A stretch of DNA of 64,000 bases from an uncultured Anaerolineaceae bacterium (GCA_964591485.1 CAZQDE010000004.1:3150-67149); one strand, 5' to 3'; counted from the stretch's first letter, positions 20,575-31,000 are shown. Notes: generated by a model from the letters alone, not told the origin. A program made the numbers and translations.

Positions 20575-22860
20575 ATGTCACGCTACATCGCGACACGCGC
20601 TATCCGGGGGGCCAATGCCATCGTCGCCGAAGCGCAAGCCATGCTTGCCCGGGCGATCGAGGAGAAGGGTCCAGACACCCCGGTCGCCTTCCCGAATACC
20701 GCTTACTACCTGCCGGTCATCCTGGGCATGCTCGGCCATGAGGTCACCAAGCTAGCCGACCTCGAACCGGTCCTCGAGCACGCCAAGAAGTTGCTCCATC
20801 CCCTGCCCGATGGAAGGGCTTGGACCCCCTATCTAGGCGAAACGCTCGACTCGGGCATGGCGACGCTGCTCGCAGAGGAGACCATTGAAGCCATCCGCTT
20901 CGTCTACGGCGAGGAACCCCAGCCCTATCCCGGTCTTGAGCTCGCCGGGGCCACAGCTTTCACGAGTCCTGACAACGGCAAGGCTGCGCAAGCAGATGGA
21001 CACCTGAATGGCCCCATTGACGACATCCAGCTCCGCTCCTGGGGCATCCAGCTCGTCGACGGCCGCATGCCCGGCTTCGCCGCCATCGTGGGCGCGGCCC
21101 GCTCGAATGAGGCTGCCGTCGCCATCGTGCGCGAATTGCAGCAGCGGAATATCCTCACCTTCCTGGTGGGCAACGTCAACGGACGCTCAATCATCGATCA
21201 GCTCGTAGAAGAGGGCGTCGAGATGGGCTACGATACGTACATCGTGCCCTTCAGTCGTGACACCATCGGTGCCATCTACCCGCTGGGCTTTGCCACGCGC
21301 TCGGCGCTTACCTTCGGCGGCATGAAGGGAGGGCAATGGCGCAAGATCCTGCTCTATAACAAGTTCCGCGTCTTTGCCTTTGTCCTCGCGCTGGGGGAAG
21401 TGGATGACCTCAAATACGCCACAGCCGCCGGGGCGATCTCTTACGGCTTCCCGGTGATCGCTGATACGGTGATACCCGAAATCCTGCCCACGGGGGTCAC
21501 GCGCTACGAACACGTCATCTCCATGCCCTGGAACGAGATTGATGGCGAGACCGATCAAGAGAAGGCCGCCAAGCTCGTCCAGAAGGCCATCGAGGTGCGC
21601 GGTGTAAAGGTCAAGATCAGCGAAGTACCCGTGCCGGTTCCCTATGGCTCGGCCTTCGAGGGCGAGGTCGTCCGCCGCGCCGACATGCGGGTCGAATTCG
21701 GCGGCAAGAACAGCCGCGCCTTTGAGTATCTATTCATGACCAAGATGGACGAGATCGACGATGGCAAGATCGAGCTCATCGGCCCGGACTTTGAGGAGAT
21801 CGAAGAAGGCGGCTCGATGGACCTGGGTATCCTCGTCAAGGTGGCCGGCCGCAAGATGGAGAGGGACTTCGAACCCGTCCTCGAGCGCCAGATTCACTAC
21901 TTCATCAACGGCGCCTCAGGCATCCAGCACATCGGCCAGCGGGACATCACCTGGATCCGCATCAGCAAGACCGCCGCCGAGAAGGGATTCAATCTGAAGC
22001 ACTTCGGCGACATCTTGCACGCCCGTTTCCACGAGGATTTCGGAACCATCGTCGATAAGGTCGAAGTAACCATCATCACTGATCCCGACTTGCATACCGA
22101 ATGGCTTGAAAAGGCCCGCGTCGCCTACGAGGAGCGCAACGAGCGCATGGGCGCCATGACCGACGAGAGCGTGGAAGAGTTCTATTCCTGCACACTTTGC
22201 CAGTCCTTCGCGCCCGACCATGTCTGCATCGTCAGCCCACAGCGGCTTGGTCTTTGTGGTGCCTATAACTGGCTCGACTGCAAGGCTTCCTACCAGATCA
22301 ATCCCACCGGCCCCAATCAGCCCATTGTCAAGGGCCAATGCTACGATCCCGTCAAGGGTTACTTTGATGGCGTAAATGCCTACGCCAAGCAAGCCTCGCA
22401 TGGCAGCGTCGAGATGGTCGCCATGTACTCCATCATGGAGAACCCCATGACAGCCTGCGGCTGCTTCGAATGCATCGCCATGCTCATCCCCGAGGCCAAC
22501 GGGATCATGATCGTCAGCCGGGAGGACACCAGCATGACACCCGCTGGCATGACCTTCTCAACCCTGGCGGGCATGGCTGGCGGGGGGTTGCAAACCCCCG
22601 GCGTCATGGGGCACGGCAAGTTCTACATCACCAGCCCCAAGTTCATCTCGGCCGACGGAGGCTTCAAGCGCGTGGTCTGGATGTCCTCGATCTTGAAGCA
22701 GCAGATGGCCGAACAACTCAAGCAGGTGGCCGAACGTGAGGGCGACCCGGACCTGATCGACAAGATCGCCGATGAGACGATCTGCACCGATGTGGAAGGC
22801 TTGCTCGCCTTCCTGAGCGAGAAGGGCCATCCGGCTCTCGAGATGGAGCCCATGATCTAG
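20575..22860 (+). CDS. acsB: acetyl-CoA synthase (CO-methylating), bacterial AcsB type
   Basis: A-cluster motifs CTLCQSFAPDHVCIV...LCGA and ACGCFE. At 761 aa it includes the bacterial N-terminal domain. Confidence 0.95.
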   Translation: MSRYIATRAIRGANAIVAEAQAMLARAIEEKGPDTPVAFPNTAYYLPVILGMLGHEVTKLADLEPVLEHAKKLLHPLPDGRAWTPYLGETLDSGMATLLAEETIEAIRFVYGEEPQPYPGLELAGATAFTSPDNGKAAQADGHLNGPIDDIQLRSWGIQLVDGRMPGFAAIVGAARSNEAAVAIVRELQQRNILTFLVGNVNGRSIIDQLVEEGVEMGYDTYIVPFSRDTIGAIYPLGFATRSALTFGGMKGGQWRKILLYNKFRVFAFVLALGEVDDLKYATAAGAISYGFPVIADTVIPEILPTGVTRYEHVISMPWNEIDGETDQEKAAKLVQKAIEVRGVKVKISEVPVPVPYGSAFEGEVVRRADMRVEFGGKNSRAFEYLFMTKMDEIDDGKIELIGPDFEEIEEGGSMDLGILVKVAGRKMERDFEPVLERQIHYFINGASGIQHIGQRDITWIRISKTAAEKGFNLKHFGDILHARFHEDFGTIVDKVEVTIITDPDLHTEWLEKARVAYEERNERMGAMTDESVEEFYSCTLCQSFAPDHVCIVSPQRLGLCGAYNWLDCKASYQINPTGPNQPIVKGQCYDPVKGYFDGVNAYAKQASHGSVEMVAMYSIMENPMTACGCFECIAMLIPEANGIMIVSREDTSMTPAGMTFSTLAGMAGGGLQTPGVMGHGKFYITSPKFISADGGFKRVVWMSSILKQQMAEQLKQVAEREGDPDLIDKIADETICTDVEGLLAFLSEKGHPALEMEPMI

Positions 22861-22871
22861 GCGGCGATAGT

Positions 22872-22969
22872 GGGATCAGGGATCGGTGGTTAGGGATCAG
22901 GCGCGGATTCTTGCGATGACACCCCCCACAAGGAACTCACCTGATCCCTGATCCCGGATCCCTGATCCC
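22872..22969. repeat. long imperfect inverted repeat built from GGGATCAG octamers (7 GATC sites) between acsB and acsD
   Basis: The left arm 22872-22901 matches the reverse complement of the right arm 22940-22969 at 26 of 30 positions. A 38-nt loop separates them. Confidence 0.6.
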
Positions 22970-23004
22970 CTTTCATCCGCTTGTATCCGGAGGAAGCATC
23001 AATC

Positions 23005-23979
23005 ATGAGCGTCGAAATCCCTAAAGAAAGCTGGACGGGCTCGGTGCGCGAAATCACCATCGGCGCCACCGCCGAGGAGGGTGGCACGCGCACCCACACC
23101 GTCACCATCGGGGGGGAGACCACCATGCCCTACCTGCACTTCGAGGGCTCAATTCCACACCACCCGGCGCTGGCGATCGAGATTGTAGACCGCAAGCCGG
23201 ATGACTGGTCCCCCTTGCTGGAGAAGGTCTGGGGGGAGACCATGAATGACCCCGCGGCCTGGGCCAAGGCGGCGGAGGAGGCAGGCGCAGATATGATTTA
23301 CCTGCAGCTCAGCCTCACCACAGCCGATGGCCAACCCAATACACCCGAGAACGCCCGCGCCGTGGTGCGCAAGGTGCTCGATGCCACCGGCATTCCCCTG
23401 GGGGTGGCTGGGCCCGGCCAGGCCGATGTGGATAACGAACTGCTTGTAGCGGTCGCCGAGGAGGCCAAGGGGGAGCGCATCTTGCTGGGAATCTGCGAGG
23501 AGGGCAACTACCGCACCATCGTCGCCACCGCTATGGCCAACGATCACCTGGTGCAGTCCAAGACCCCGATGGACGTGAATCTCTCCAAGCAGCTCGTGAT
23601 CCTCATCAATGATATGGGCATGCCCTTGGAGCGCATCGTCATGGACCCCACGACGGGGGCCCTGGGCTATGGGATCGAATACGGCTACTCCGTCATGGAG
23701 CGACTGCGCATGGCCGCCCTCCAAGGCGACAAGATGACGCAGCAGCCCATGCTCGTCGACCCCGGCGCTGAGACCTGGAAAGTCAAGGAATCCAAGGTCG
23801 GCGAAGGAGTGCCCGAATCTTGGGGCGACTGGGAGCGCCGGGCTCTGGATTGGGAGGCGCTCACCGCCGCTGCCCTGGTTCATTCCGGCGCGGATTTGCT
23901 CATCCTGCGCCATCCCGAATCGGTCCGGCGAGTGCGCGGGCTCCTCAATGCCTTGATGAACCCCGAAACGGCAGCCTAG
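23005..23979 (+). CDS. acsD: corrinoid iron-sulfur protein small subunit
   Basis: TIM-barrel CdhD/AcsD-like sequence (WTGSVREITIGAT...). GGAGGAAG lies upstream of the ATG at 23005. Confidence 0.9.
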   Translation: MSVEIPKESWTGSVREITIGATAEEGGTRTHTVTIGGETTMPYLHFEGSIPHHPALAIEIVDRKPDDWSPLLEKVWGETMNDPAAWAKAAEEAGADMIYLQLSLTTADGQPNTPENARAVVRKVLDATGIPLGVAGPGQADVDNELLVAVAEEAKGERILLGICEEGNYRTIVATAMANDHLVQSKTPMDVNLSKQLVILINDMGMPLERIVMDPTTGALGYGIEYGYSVMERLRMAALQGDKMTQQPMLVDPGAETWKVKESKVGEGVPESWGDWERRALDWEALTAAALVHSGADLLILRHPESVRRVRGLLNALMNPETAA

Positions 23980-23997
23980 GCAAGGTGGAGGTCAACC

Positions 23998-25344
23998 ATG
24001 GCGCTTTCTGGTCTTGAGATCTACAAACTCCTGCCGAAAACAAACTGCAAGGATTGCGGTTATCCCACCTGCCTGGCCTTCGCCATGAAGCTGGCTGCCA
24101 AGCAGGCGGAATTGAAGGATTGCCCCCACGTGAGCGAGGAGGCCGCCGCCAAGCTGGAGGCCGCCTCCGCACCGCCTATCCGGCTGGTAACCATCGAGGC
24201 CGAGGCGGGCAAGGTGGAAACCGGCAACGAGACCGTGCTGTTCCGCCACGAGAAGAAATTCTTCCATAAGCCGGGGCTCTTTGTGCGCGTGCGCGATAGT
24301 GAACCCGCGGATGCCATCCAGGAGATGGTCGCCGCCGCAGACGCCTACCACACGGATTATGTCGGCATCAGCCTCGTCTTGGACGGCTTCGCCATCGAAG
24401 CGGCTTCCGGCAACCCAGCCACCTTCAAGCAAGCAGTGGCAGCCGTTCGAGCGGCCTCGAAGAAACCCCTGATCCTCCTGGCCTCGGATCCTGAAACCGC
24501 CAAGGCCGGGCTGGAGGCCGCCGAGGGCACTCGTCCGCTGCTCTATGCAGCCGATGAGGGCAATTGGGAAGCCATGGCAGAAGTCGCCAAGAGCGCAGGC
24601 GTGCCGCTGACCGTCCGGGCCCCCGAGCTCGATACCCTCGCCGACCTGACGGAGAAGATCAAGGAGCGAGGCATCGAGGACATGGTCCTCGATCCGGAGC
24701 CCAAGGGCTACCTCGACTCACTTGAAACCTTCACCATCCTGCGTCGATTGGCGCTGAATAACTTCCGCTCCTTGGGCTATCCTCTGATTGGCTTCGCGGG
24801 CGGCAAAGAGGGGGTGGACGAGACCCTGCTCGCCGGGCAATACATCGCCAAGTACGCGGGCTTCATTGTGCTCGACAGCTTCGAGCCGGCCAGCCTCTAT
24901 GCGCTGCTGGTGCTGCGTGAAAACATCTACACTGATCCGCAGAAACCCATTCAGGTGCAGCCCGGCATCTACGAAATCAACCAGCCCGATGGTGATGCCC
25001 CCTTGATGGTCACCACAAATTTCTCCATCACCTACTTCTCCGTCGCCAACGAGGTGGAGGGCTCCGGATGGCCAGGGTGGCTGCTCGTCGCCGACGCCGA
25101 GGGCATGAGCGTGCTCACGGCCTGGGCGGCCGGCAAGTTCGACGCCGAGCGCATCGCAAAGGACGTCAAGGCCTTCAATGTGGAGGAGAAGGTCAAGCAC
25201 CGCAAGTTGATCATCCCAGGCCATGTCTCGGTGCTCTCCGGCGAACTGGAGGAGGAGCTCCCAGGCTGGGAGATTATGGTCGGCCCGCGGGAGGCGGTCG
25301 ACATCGGCCCCTTCCTGAAGGCCATGTGGACGAACGGGAAATAG
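23998..25344 (+). CDS. acsC: corrinoid iron-sulfur protein large subunit
   Basis: N-terminal [4Fe-4S] motif CKDCGYPTCLAFAMKLAAKQAELKDCP and a C-terminal corrinoid-binding domain. Confidence 0.95.
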   Translation: MALSGLEIYKLLPKTNCKDCGYPTCLAFAMKLAAKQAELKDCPHVSEEAAAKLEAASAPPIRLVTIEAEAGKVETGNETVLFRHEKKFFHKPGLFVRVRDSEPADAIQEMVAAADAYHTDYVGISLVLDGFAIEAASGNPATFKQAVAAVRAASKKPLILLASDPETAKAGLEAAEGTRPLLYAADEGNWEAMAEVAKSAGVPLTVRAPELDTLADLTEKIKERGIEDMVLDPEPKGYLDSLETFTILRRLALNNFRSLGYPLIGFAGGKEGVDETLLAGQYIAKYAGFIVLDSFEPASLYALLVLRENIYTDPQKPIQVQPGIYEINQPDGDAPLMVTTNFSITYFSVANEVEGSGWPGWLLVADAEGMSVLTAWAAGKFDAERIAKDVKAFNVEEKVKHRKLIIPGHVSVLSGELEEELPGWEIMVGPREAVDIGPFLKAMWTNGK

Positions 25345-25356
25345 CATCCAGGCTTG

Positions 25357-25388
25357 GAGGGGAGGGCGGTTTGCAAACCGTCCTCCTC
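25357..25388 (+). other. intra-operon stem-loop after acsC
   Basis: Perfect palindrome CGGTTTGCAAACCG flanked by GGAGG / CCTCC arms, 13 nt after the acsC stop. No U-tract follows. Confidence 0.35.
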
Positions 25389-25479
25389 TCACGGGCTGCC
25401 CGGGGGGCACCTTCGGGCTCTCGCCCCAAAGCCTGCGATGCTCCGAGGCGGTCTTCTAGATCCCAGAGACGGTTAGGCA

Positions 25480-27435
25480 GTGGCGACACATACGATACGA
25501 TTGCTACCGGCTGATATCCGCGTGGAAGTTCCCACCGGGACCCTGCTTTCCGAGGCCATCGCCCTGGGCGGACAAGAATTGAACCAGCCCTGCGGCGGCC
25601 AGGGACGCTGCGGCCGCTGCGCCGTGCTCGTTGAAGAGGGCACGGTTCGCCGACGCTCCACCATCCGCCTTTCTGCCGACGACATGGCAGCCGGCTGGGC
25701 GTTGGCCTGCCAGTCAGTGGTCGAAGGCGATGCGACCATCACCATCCCCGAGCAAGAGCGCGTCGAGCGGCGCCTCGTCACTGAGCACACAGCCCGTAAG
25801 ATCGAAGTCCCCTTCGAGTACGATCCCGCCAAATCCCAGGCGGTGCAAACCTTTCAGTTGCGGCTGGACCCTCCCTCGCTGGATGACAACCTCGACGACC
25901 TCAGCCGCCTGCAGCGTGCACTCGGACGCCAGGGATACGCTCCGGTGGATATGCCTCTGGGGCTGCTCCGGCGCCTGGGACCGGTTCTGCGCGAGAGCGA
26001 CTGGGCACCGCACATTCTGCTCGAGGCCCAGATGCCCGGCGGCGGACCGGCGCGCCTGATCGATCTCGCAAGCCAGCCCTTCGAGCCCACCGGCCTGGCC
26101 ATCGACATTGGCACCACCACCGTCACCGCGTATCTGGTCGATCTGCTGACCGGGCAGGTGCGGGCTACGGCCGCCGAATACAACGGCCAGATCGCCCGCG
26201 GCGAAGATGTCATTTCGCGCATCATCTATGCCAGCAAGGGCGACGGGCTCCAGGAGCTGGGGCGTCTGATGAGAGAGACCCTCGCCACCCTGCTCGAACG
26301 CCTGAAACGCCGCACCGGCGTCCCGCCCGAAGCGATCCACAAGGCCACGGTGGTCGGCAACACGACCATGATCCATCTCTTCCTGGGCCTGCCACCCGAG
26401 TCGATCCGGCTGACCCCCTATATCCCTGCCGCCAACCAGCCGAAGCCCTACCTGGCCTCCGAGCTCGACCTGCCGCTTCACCCTCACGCCTCGGTCGACT
26501 GCCTGCCAGGGGTAGCATCCTATGTGGGCGCGGATATCACCGCCGGTGTTCTGGCCTCCAGCATGACGGACGACGATAGGCTGAGCCTCTTCATCGATGT
26601 GGGCACGAACGGGGAAACCGTGCTCGGCAGCCGCGATTGGCTGCTCACCTGCGCCTGCTCAGCCGGCCCGGCCTTCGAGGGCGCCGGCGTGGTCGATGGC
26701 ATGCGCGCCACCGAGGGCGCCATTGAGGAGGTTTGGGTCCATTCGCAAACCTACGAGCCCACCTACCGCGTGATCGGCGGCGGGAAGCCACGCGGCCTCT
26801 GCGGTTCCGGGCTGATCTCGCTGCTGGCGGAGCTCTTCGTGACCGGAGTGATCGATCGAGGCGGGAACGTCAAGCTCAACCTGGACACGCCGCGTGTGCG
26901 TGAGGGCGAGCATGGCCCCGAGTACGTCGTAGCCTGGGCCGATGAAACCGCCACCGGCCGGGATATCGCCCTCACCAAGGTGGATGTCGAGAACCTCCTG
27001 CGTGCCAAGGCTGCCATCTACGCCGGGTATAGCGTGCTTGCGAATGGCGTGGGGGTCGATCTGGCCGATGTGCAGCAGGTGCTGATCGGGGGCGCGTTCG
27101 GTAAGTATATTAATGTCGAGAACGCGGTCAAAATCGGCCTACTTCCTGATCTGCCCTGGGATCGTTTCCACTTCCTCGGCAACACGGCCGTGCTTGGAGC
27201 ATATTTGGCCCTGCTTTCCCAGGAAGCACGGCAGCGGGTGAAGGAAATCGCCGAGCGCATGACCTACGTTGAGCTCTCGGCGGATAACACCTTCTATGAT
27301 GCCTTTATGGCAGCGCTCTTCCTGCCTCACACCGACATTGCCCGCTTCCCAAGCGTCGCCGAAACCTGGGAACGCCAGGGGACGGCTTCGCAGCCGACGG
27401 CCGCTACGAACATGAAAGAGCAATCAGATGGTTAA
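25480..27435 (+). CDS. acsV: corrinoid activation/regeneration protein (RACo/AcsV; 2Fe-2S ferredoxin + ASKHA ATPase)
   Basis: N-terminal plant-type ferredoxin motif CGGQGRCGRCAV and ASKHA motifs (DIGTTTV, DVGTNGE). GTG start. Confidence 0.85.
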   Translation: MATHTIRLLPADIRVEVPTGTLLSEAIALGGQELNQPCGGQGRCGRCAVLVEEGTVRRRSTIRLSADDMAAGWALACQSVVEGDATITIPEQERVERRLVTEHTARKIEVPFEYDPAKSQAVQTFQLRLDPPSLDDNLDDLSRLQRALGRQGYAPVDMPLGLLRRLGPVLRESDWAPHILLEAQMPGGGPARLIDLASQPFEPTGLAIDIGTTTVTAYLVDLLTGQVRATAAEYNGQIARGEDVISRIIYASKGDGLQELGRLMRETLATLLERLKRRTGVPPEAIHKATVVGNTTMIHLFLGLPPESIRLTPYIPAANQPKPYLASELDLPLHPHASVDCLPGVASYVGADITAGVLASSMTDDDRLSLFIDVGTNGETVLGSRDWLLTCACSAGPAFEGAGVVDGMRATEGAIEEVWVHSQTYEPTYRVIGGGKPRGLCGSGLISLLAELFVTGVIDRGGNVKLNLDTPRVREGEHGPEYVVAWADETATGRDIALTKVDVENLLRAKAAIYAGYSVLANGVGVDLADVQQVLIGGAFGKYINVENAVKIGLLPDLPWDRFHFLGNTAVLGAYLALLSQEARQRVKEIAERMTYVELSADNTFYDAFMAALFLPHTDIARFPSVAETWERQGTASQPTAATNMKEQSDG

Positions 27436-27477
27436 GTGCCTTGATGAGGTAGCTTTCGAGATAGGAGCTAGTTCGAG

Positions 27478-28245
27478 ATGACGAAGACTATTGCCCTGGC
27501 GGGGAAAGGCGGCACCGGCAAGACCACCGTGTCGGCGCTCCTGATCCGGTCGCTGCTGGAGCGGGTCGGCGGTCCGATCCTGGCCATAGACGCCGATCCC
27601 TCCACCAACCTGCATCTGGCGCTGGGCCTGCCCATGCCCGCCACGGTGGGCGAAATTCGGGAAGCGATGGCCCAAGATACCACCTCCAGCAGCCCGGCGG
27701 GTGGCATGAGCCGCCTGGATTACCTCAAACACGAGATTCGCATGGTGCTGGAGGAGGGCGAGCAGATCGACCTGCTGGCCATGGGCCGGCCGGAGGGCCA
27801 GGGCTGCTACTGCGCCGCCAATCATCTGCTGCGAACCATCATCGACGATTACGCCCGCCATTACCCCTTCGTCGTGGTGGACAACGAGGCCGGCATGGAG
27901 CATATCAGCCGCCGAACAACCCGGGATGTCGACGTCTTGCTCGTCGTCAGCGATCCGACGCTGCGGGGCATCAAGGCGGCCGAAAGCATCATGCAGCTGG
28001 CCCGCGAATTGGAAATCAACGTCCATCGCATGCTCCTGATCTTGAACCGCGTGCAGGACGAGTTGCCCGCGCCGCTTCAGGAAGCCATCCAGAGCATCGA
28101 TGGCGAGGTTGGCGCCATCATTCCCGCCGACCCCAAAGTCAACGAGCTCGACGCGCTTGGCGAACCGCTGATTCATCTCAACGGCCAATCCCCGGCCTAT
28201 AAGGTCGTGGATGCGCTCACCGAGCGGATTCTCGCCTCGCTATAG
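27478..28245 (+). CDS. cooC: CODH/ACS nickel-insertion ATPase (CooC/AcsF family)
   Basis: Deviant Walker A GKGGTGKTT and the CxC nickel motif GQGCYCAAN. Confidence 0.9.
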   Translation: MTKTIALAGKGGTGKTTVSALLIRSLLERVGGPILAIDADPSTNLHLALGLPMPATVGEIREAMAQDTTSSSPAGGMSRLDYLKHEIRMVLEEGEQIDLLAMGRPEGQGCYCAANHLLRTIIDDYARHYPFVVVDNEAGMEHISRRTTRDVDVLLVVSDPTLRGIKAAESIMQLARELEINVHRMLLILNRVQDELPAPLQEAIQSIDGEVGAIIPADPKVNELDALGEPLIHLNGQSPAYKVVDALTERILASL

Positions 28246-28285
28246 CCTTGCCTCCCGCCCGTGGGGGCCGACGAGGAGTTGATCC

Positions 28286-29209
28286 ATGTACAAGATCGGC
28301 GAAAATATCCATATCGTGTCACCTAAAGTCAAGGAGGCCTTGAAGGAACGCGACGGTGCTTTCTTCGTTGACCTGGCGCGCAAACAGAAGGAAGCCGGGG
28401 CGGATGCCATTGACCTCAACATCGGCCCCCGCAAGAAGGATGGCCCTGAAGTGGTGGAATTCCTGCTGGATTGCATGCAAGAGGCCGTCCCCGGGATGAC
28501 GATATCCTTCGACACCACCAACCTGACCGCCATCGAAACCGGCCTCCAGCGCTGGGGCTCCAACGCCATCGTGAACAGCACCTCGGCCGAGCCCGAGCGC
28601 CTTGAAAACGTCCCGCCGGTCGCCGCCAATTATGGAGCCAAACTCATCGCTCTTTGCATGGAGAAGAGCGGCATCCCGGTCAGCGCCGATGCCCGCATCG
28701 CCATCGCCATGGAGAAGCTCATCCCCCGGGCGATAGAGGTGGGCATCCCGATGGAGAACCTGCTCATCGACCCCCTGATTCTCACCGTCTCGGGGTGTCA
28801 GGAGTATGTGCCGGAAGCGGTTGAGACGGTGCGTATGATCAAGATGGTCATGGACCCGCCGCCGATGACGGTCGTTGGGCTCTCGAACGTCTCCAACCAA
28901 GTACCACACGAGATGCGCCCGCTCATCAACCGCGTCTACATGGTGATGCTGATGGGCGCTGGTTTGGATGCCGCTATCCTGGATCCCTTGGACAAGGAAC
29001 TGATGGACACCATCGCGGCCGTCGAGAAGCGGGACGAGAGTACACCAACAAAAGCGCTTTACTTAAAACTCCATGACGCCGTTGCGGCCATGGAAGAACT
29101 CCAACCCGATGAGGTCGACATGTCCGATCCGGAACAGGCTGCTATCTGGAAAACCGTTCAGATCCTGTTGAACAAAGTCATCTACACCGATTCCTATCTA
29201 CAGTTCTAA
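28286..29209 (+). CDS. acsE: methyltetrahydrofolate:corrinoid/iron-sulfur protein methyltransferase
   Basis: Pterin-binding TIM-barrel sequence (IGENIH...AGADAIDLNIGP...) at the position expected in an acs cluster. Confidence 0.9.
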   Translation: MYKIGENIHIVSPKVKEALKERDGAFFVDLARKQKEAGADAIDLNIGPRKKDGPEVVEFLLDCMQEAVPGMTISFDTTNLTAIETGLQRWGSNAIVNSTSAEPERLENVPPVAANYGAKLIALCMEKSGIPVSADARIAIAMEKLIPRAIEVGIPMENLLIDPLILTVSGCQEYVPEAVETVRMIKMVMDPPPMTVVGLSNVSNQVPHEMRPLINRVYMVMLMGAGLDAAILDPLDKELMDTIAAVEKRDESTPTKALYLKLHDAVAAMEELQPDEVDMSDPEQAAIWKTVQILLNKVIYTDSYLQF

Positions 29210-29293
29210 GCGACGGGTCTCGCCGGGGGCGAGACCCCTTTCGCGTTGATCCCATACCCGCAGAATTCGGGACAAACAAAGGAGGGTCCACTG

Positions 29294-30655
29294 ATGGCCA
29301 AAAAGGCCCAGCAACTCAGCGTGGAGGAGCTCTTGGCGAAAGCCAAGAAGCCCTCGGAGGACGCCATGGTGATGCACCCCTTCTACCGCGGCAAGGTGGA
29401 AGTGGCGCTCAAGTGCTGCGTCCGTGATTTCAACGATTTCGCCATCTGGTACACGCCCGGTGTGGCAGCCCCCTGCCGGGCAATCGCCGAGGATCCCGAA
29501 CTGGTGTATGAGCACACTCATAAAGGTAACACCGTTGCCGTCGTATCCGATGGCACCCGCGTGCTCGGCCTGGGGGACATTGGGCCCAAGGCCGGCCTCC
29601 CGGTGATGGAAGGCAAGGCGCTGCTCTATAAGTATTTGGGGGGCGTGGATGCCTGGCCTATCATGCTGGACACGAAGGACCCAGACAAGATCATCGAAAC
29701 CGTGCTGCTGATTCAACCCGGATTTGGCGGCGTGAACCTGGAGGACATTTCCCAGCCCAAATGCTTCCGGGTTCTCGACACGCTGCGCGAACGGGCCGAG
29801 ATCCCGGTTTGGCACGACGACCAGCAAGGCACCGCCACGGTCACCTTGGCTGGCCTGAAGAATGCCCTCAAGATCGTGGGCAAGAAGCTAGAGGATGTGC
29901 AGATCACCTTCGTCGGCTCCGGCGCCTCCAATGTGGCCTGCGCCCGGCTGATCTTCGCTTCCGGCGCCACGCCCGGCCTGTGCCGTGTGGTCGACAGCAA
30001 GGGAATCTTGCACAAGGGCCGCAGCGACATCGAACTGCGCAAGGCCGAGTATGTCGACAAATGGAAGTTCTGCCAGATCACCAACGAGGAGGGGCGCCAG
30101 GGCGGGATCCCCGAGGCCCTGGAGGGCGCGGATGTGGTCATTGCCCTCTCCAAACCCGGCCCAGGCACGCTCCTGCCGGAGTGGATCGAGAAGATGGCAA
30201 AGGACCCCATTGTCTTCGCCTGCGCCAACCCCATCCCCGAGATCTGGCCCTGGGAGGCGAAGGAGGCGGGCGCGGCGGTGATCGCCACAGGCCGCTCCGA
30301 TTTCCCCAATCAGGTCAATAACTCGCTCGGGTTCCCGGGTATCTTCCGCGGGACGCTGGACGTCCGCGCCTCGACCATCACCGATGAGATGTGCATCGCC
30401 GCGGCCGATGCCCTTGCCAGCATGGCCGAAGAGAAAGGCCTCGACCCGGACTATATCCTCCCCAACATGGATGAATGGCAGGTGTTCCCGCGCGAAGCCG
30501 CGGCGGTGGCAGTCAAGGCCGTCGAGCAGGGCCTCGCTCGCATTCCCATGACCTATGAGGAGGAGTTCCAGAACGCCGAGACCATCATCGCCCGCTCCCG
30601 CAAGCTCACCGAAACGATGATGGCCGAGGGCTTCATCGCCCCCTGCGATCAGTAA
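29294..30655 (+). CDS. NAD(P)-dependent malic enzyme (short, MaeB N-terminal type)
   Basis: [30 protein letters not shown] and [10 protein letters not shown] dinucleotide motifs. GGAGGG lies upstream of the ATG at 29294. Confidence 0.9.
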   Translation: MAKKAQQLSVEELLAKAKKPSEDAMVMHPFYRGKVEVALKCCVRDFNDFAIWYTPGVAAPCRAIAEDPELVYEHTHKGNTVAVVSDGTRVLGLGDIGPKAGLPVMEGKALLYKYLGGVDAWPIMLDTKDPDKIIETVLLIQPGFGGVNLEDISQPKCFRVLDTLRERAEIPVWHDDQQGTATVTLAGLKNALKIVGKKLEDVQITFVGSGASNVACARLIFASGATPGLCRVVDSKGILHKGRSDIELRKAEYVDKWKFCQITNEEGRQGGIPEALEGADVVIALSKPGPGTLLPEWIEKMAKDPIVFACANPIPEIWPWEAKEAGAAVIATGRSDFPNQVNNSLGFPGIFRGTLDVRASTITDEMCIAAADALASMAEEKGLDPDYILPNMDEWQVFPREAAAVAVKAVEQGLARIPMTYEEEFQNAETIIARSRKLTETMMAEGFIAPCDQ

Positions 30656-30680
30656 GTCGGAATAGGAGCAGGGCTTCTGG

Positions 30681-31000
30681 GTGGAGACCGTCCATGGCCA
30701 TGATCACACCCGCGAACTAGTAGTCACCAAGCACGGGCACCAGCTCGAGCTCGATGCCAACACCTTCTTCGTCGAGCTCGATCTGGTGCCACAATCGCAG
30801 ATTGTCGCTGACCTGGTGGAGCGCGATCCCCAGGGGCATATCATGGTGAACGCCCGCAGCCGCATCTCTATGGAGGGCCTCTTCGCCGCCGGAGACGTCA
30901 CCGAGTCATCGTCGAGCGAGTCCTCATCGCCGTCGCCGAGGGCGCCGAAACGGCACTTATGGCCTACGAGTACCTGCTCGGCAAAGCCGACCAGCCTCGC
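30681..31000 (+). pseudogene. relic of a thioredoxin reductase-like flavoprotein (C-terminal ~100 codons, frameshifted)
   Basis: Frame 1 reads ...FFVELDLVPQ...GHIMVNARSRISMEGLFAAGDVT. After about 30900 the homologous continuation VERVLIAVAEGAETALMAYEYLLGK is in another frame. The N-terminal FAD/NADPH domains are absent. Confidence 0.6.

Noticed and set aside
22872-22969. GGGATCAG repeats as a CRISPR array
   Set aside because: The units are 8 nt, directly abutting or inverted, with no spacers of CRISPR size and no cas genes. It is a hairpin-forming inverted repeat.
27424-28188. 254-aa minus-strand ORF
   Set aside because: It is antisense to cooC, which has unambiguous Walker A and CxC motifs.
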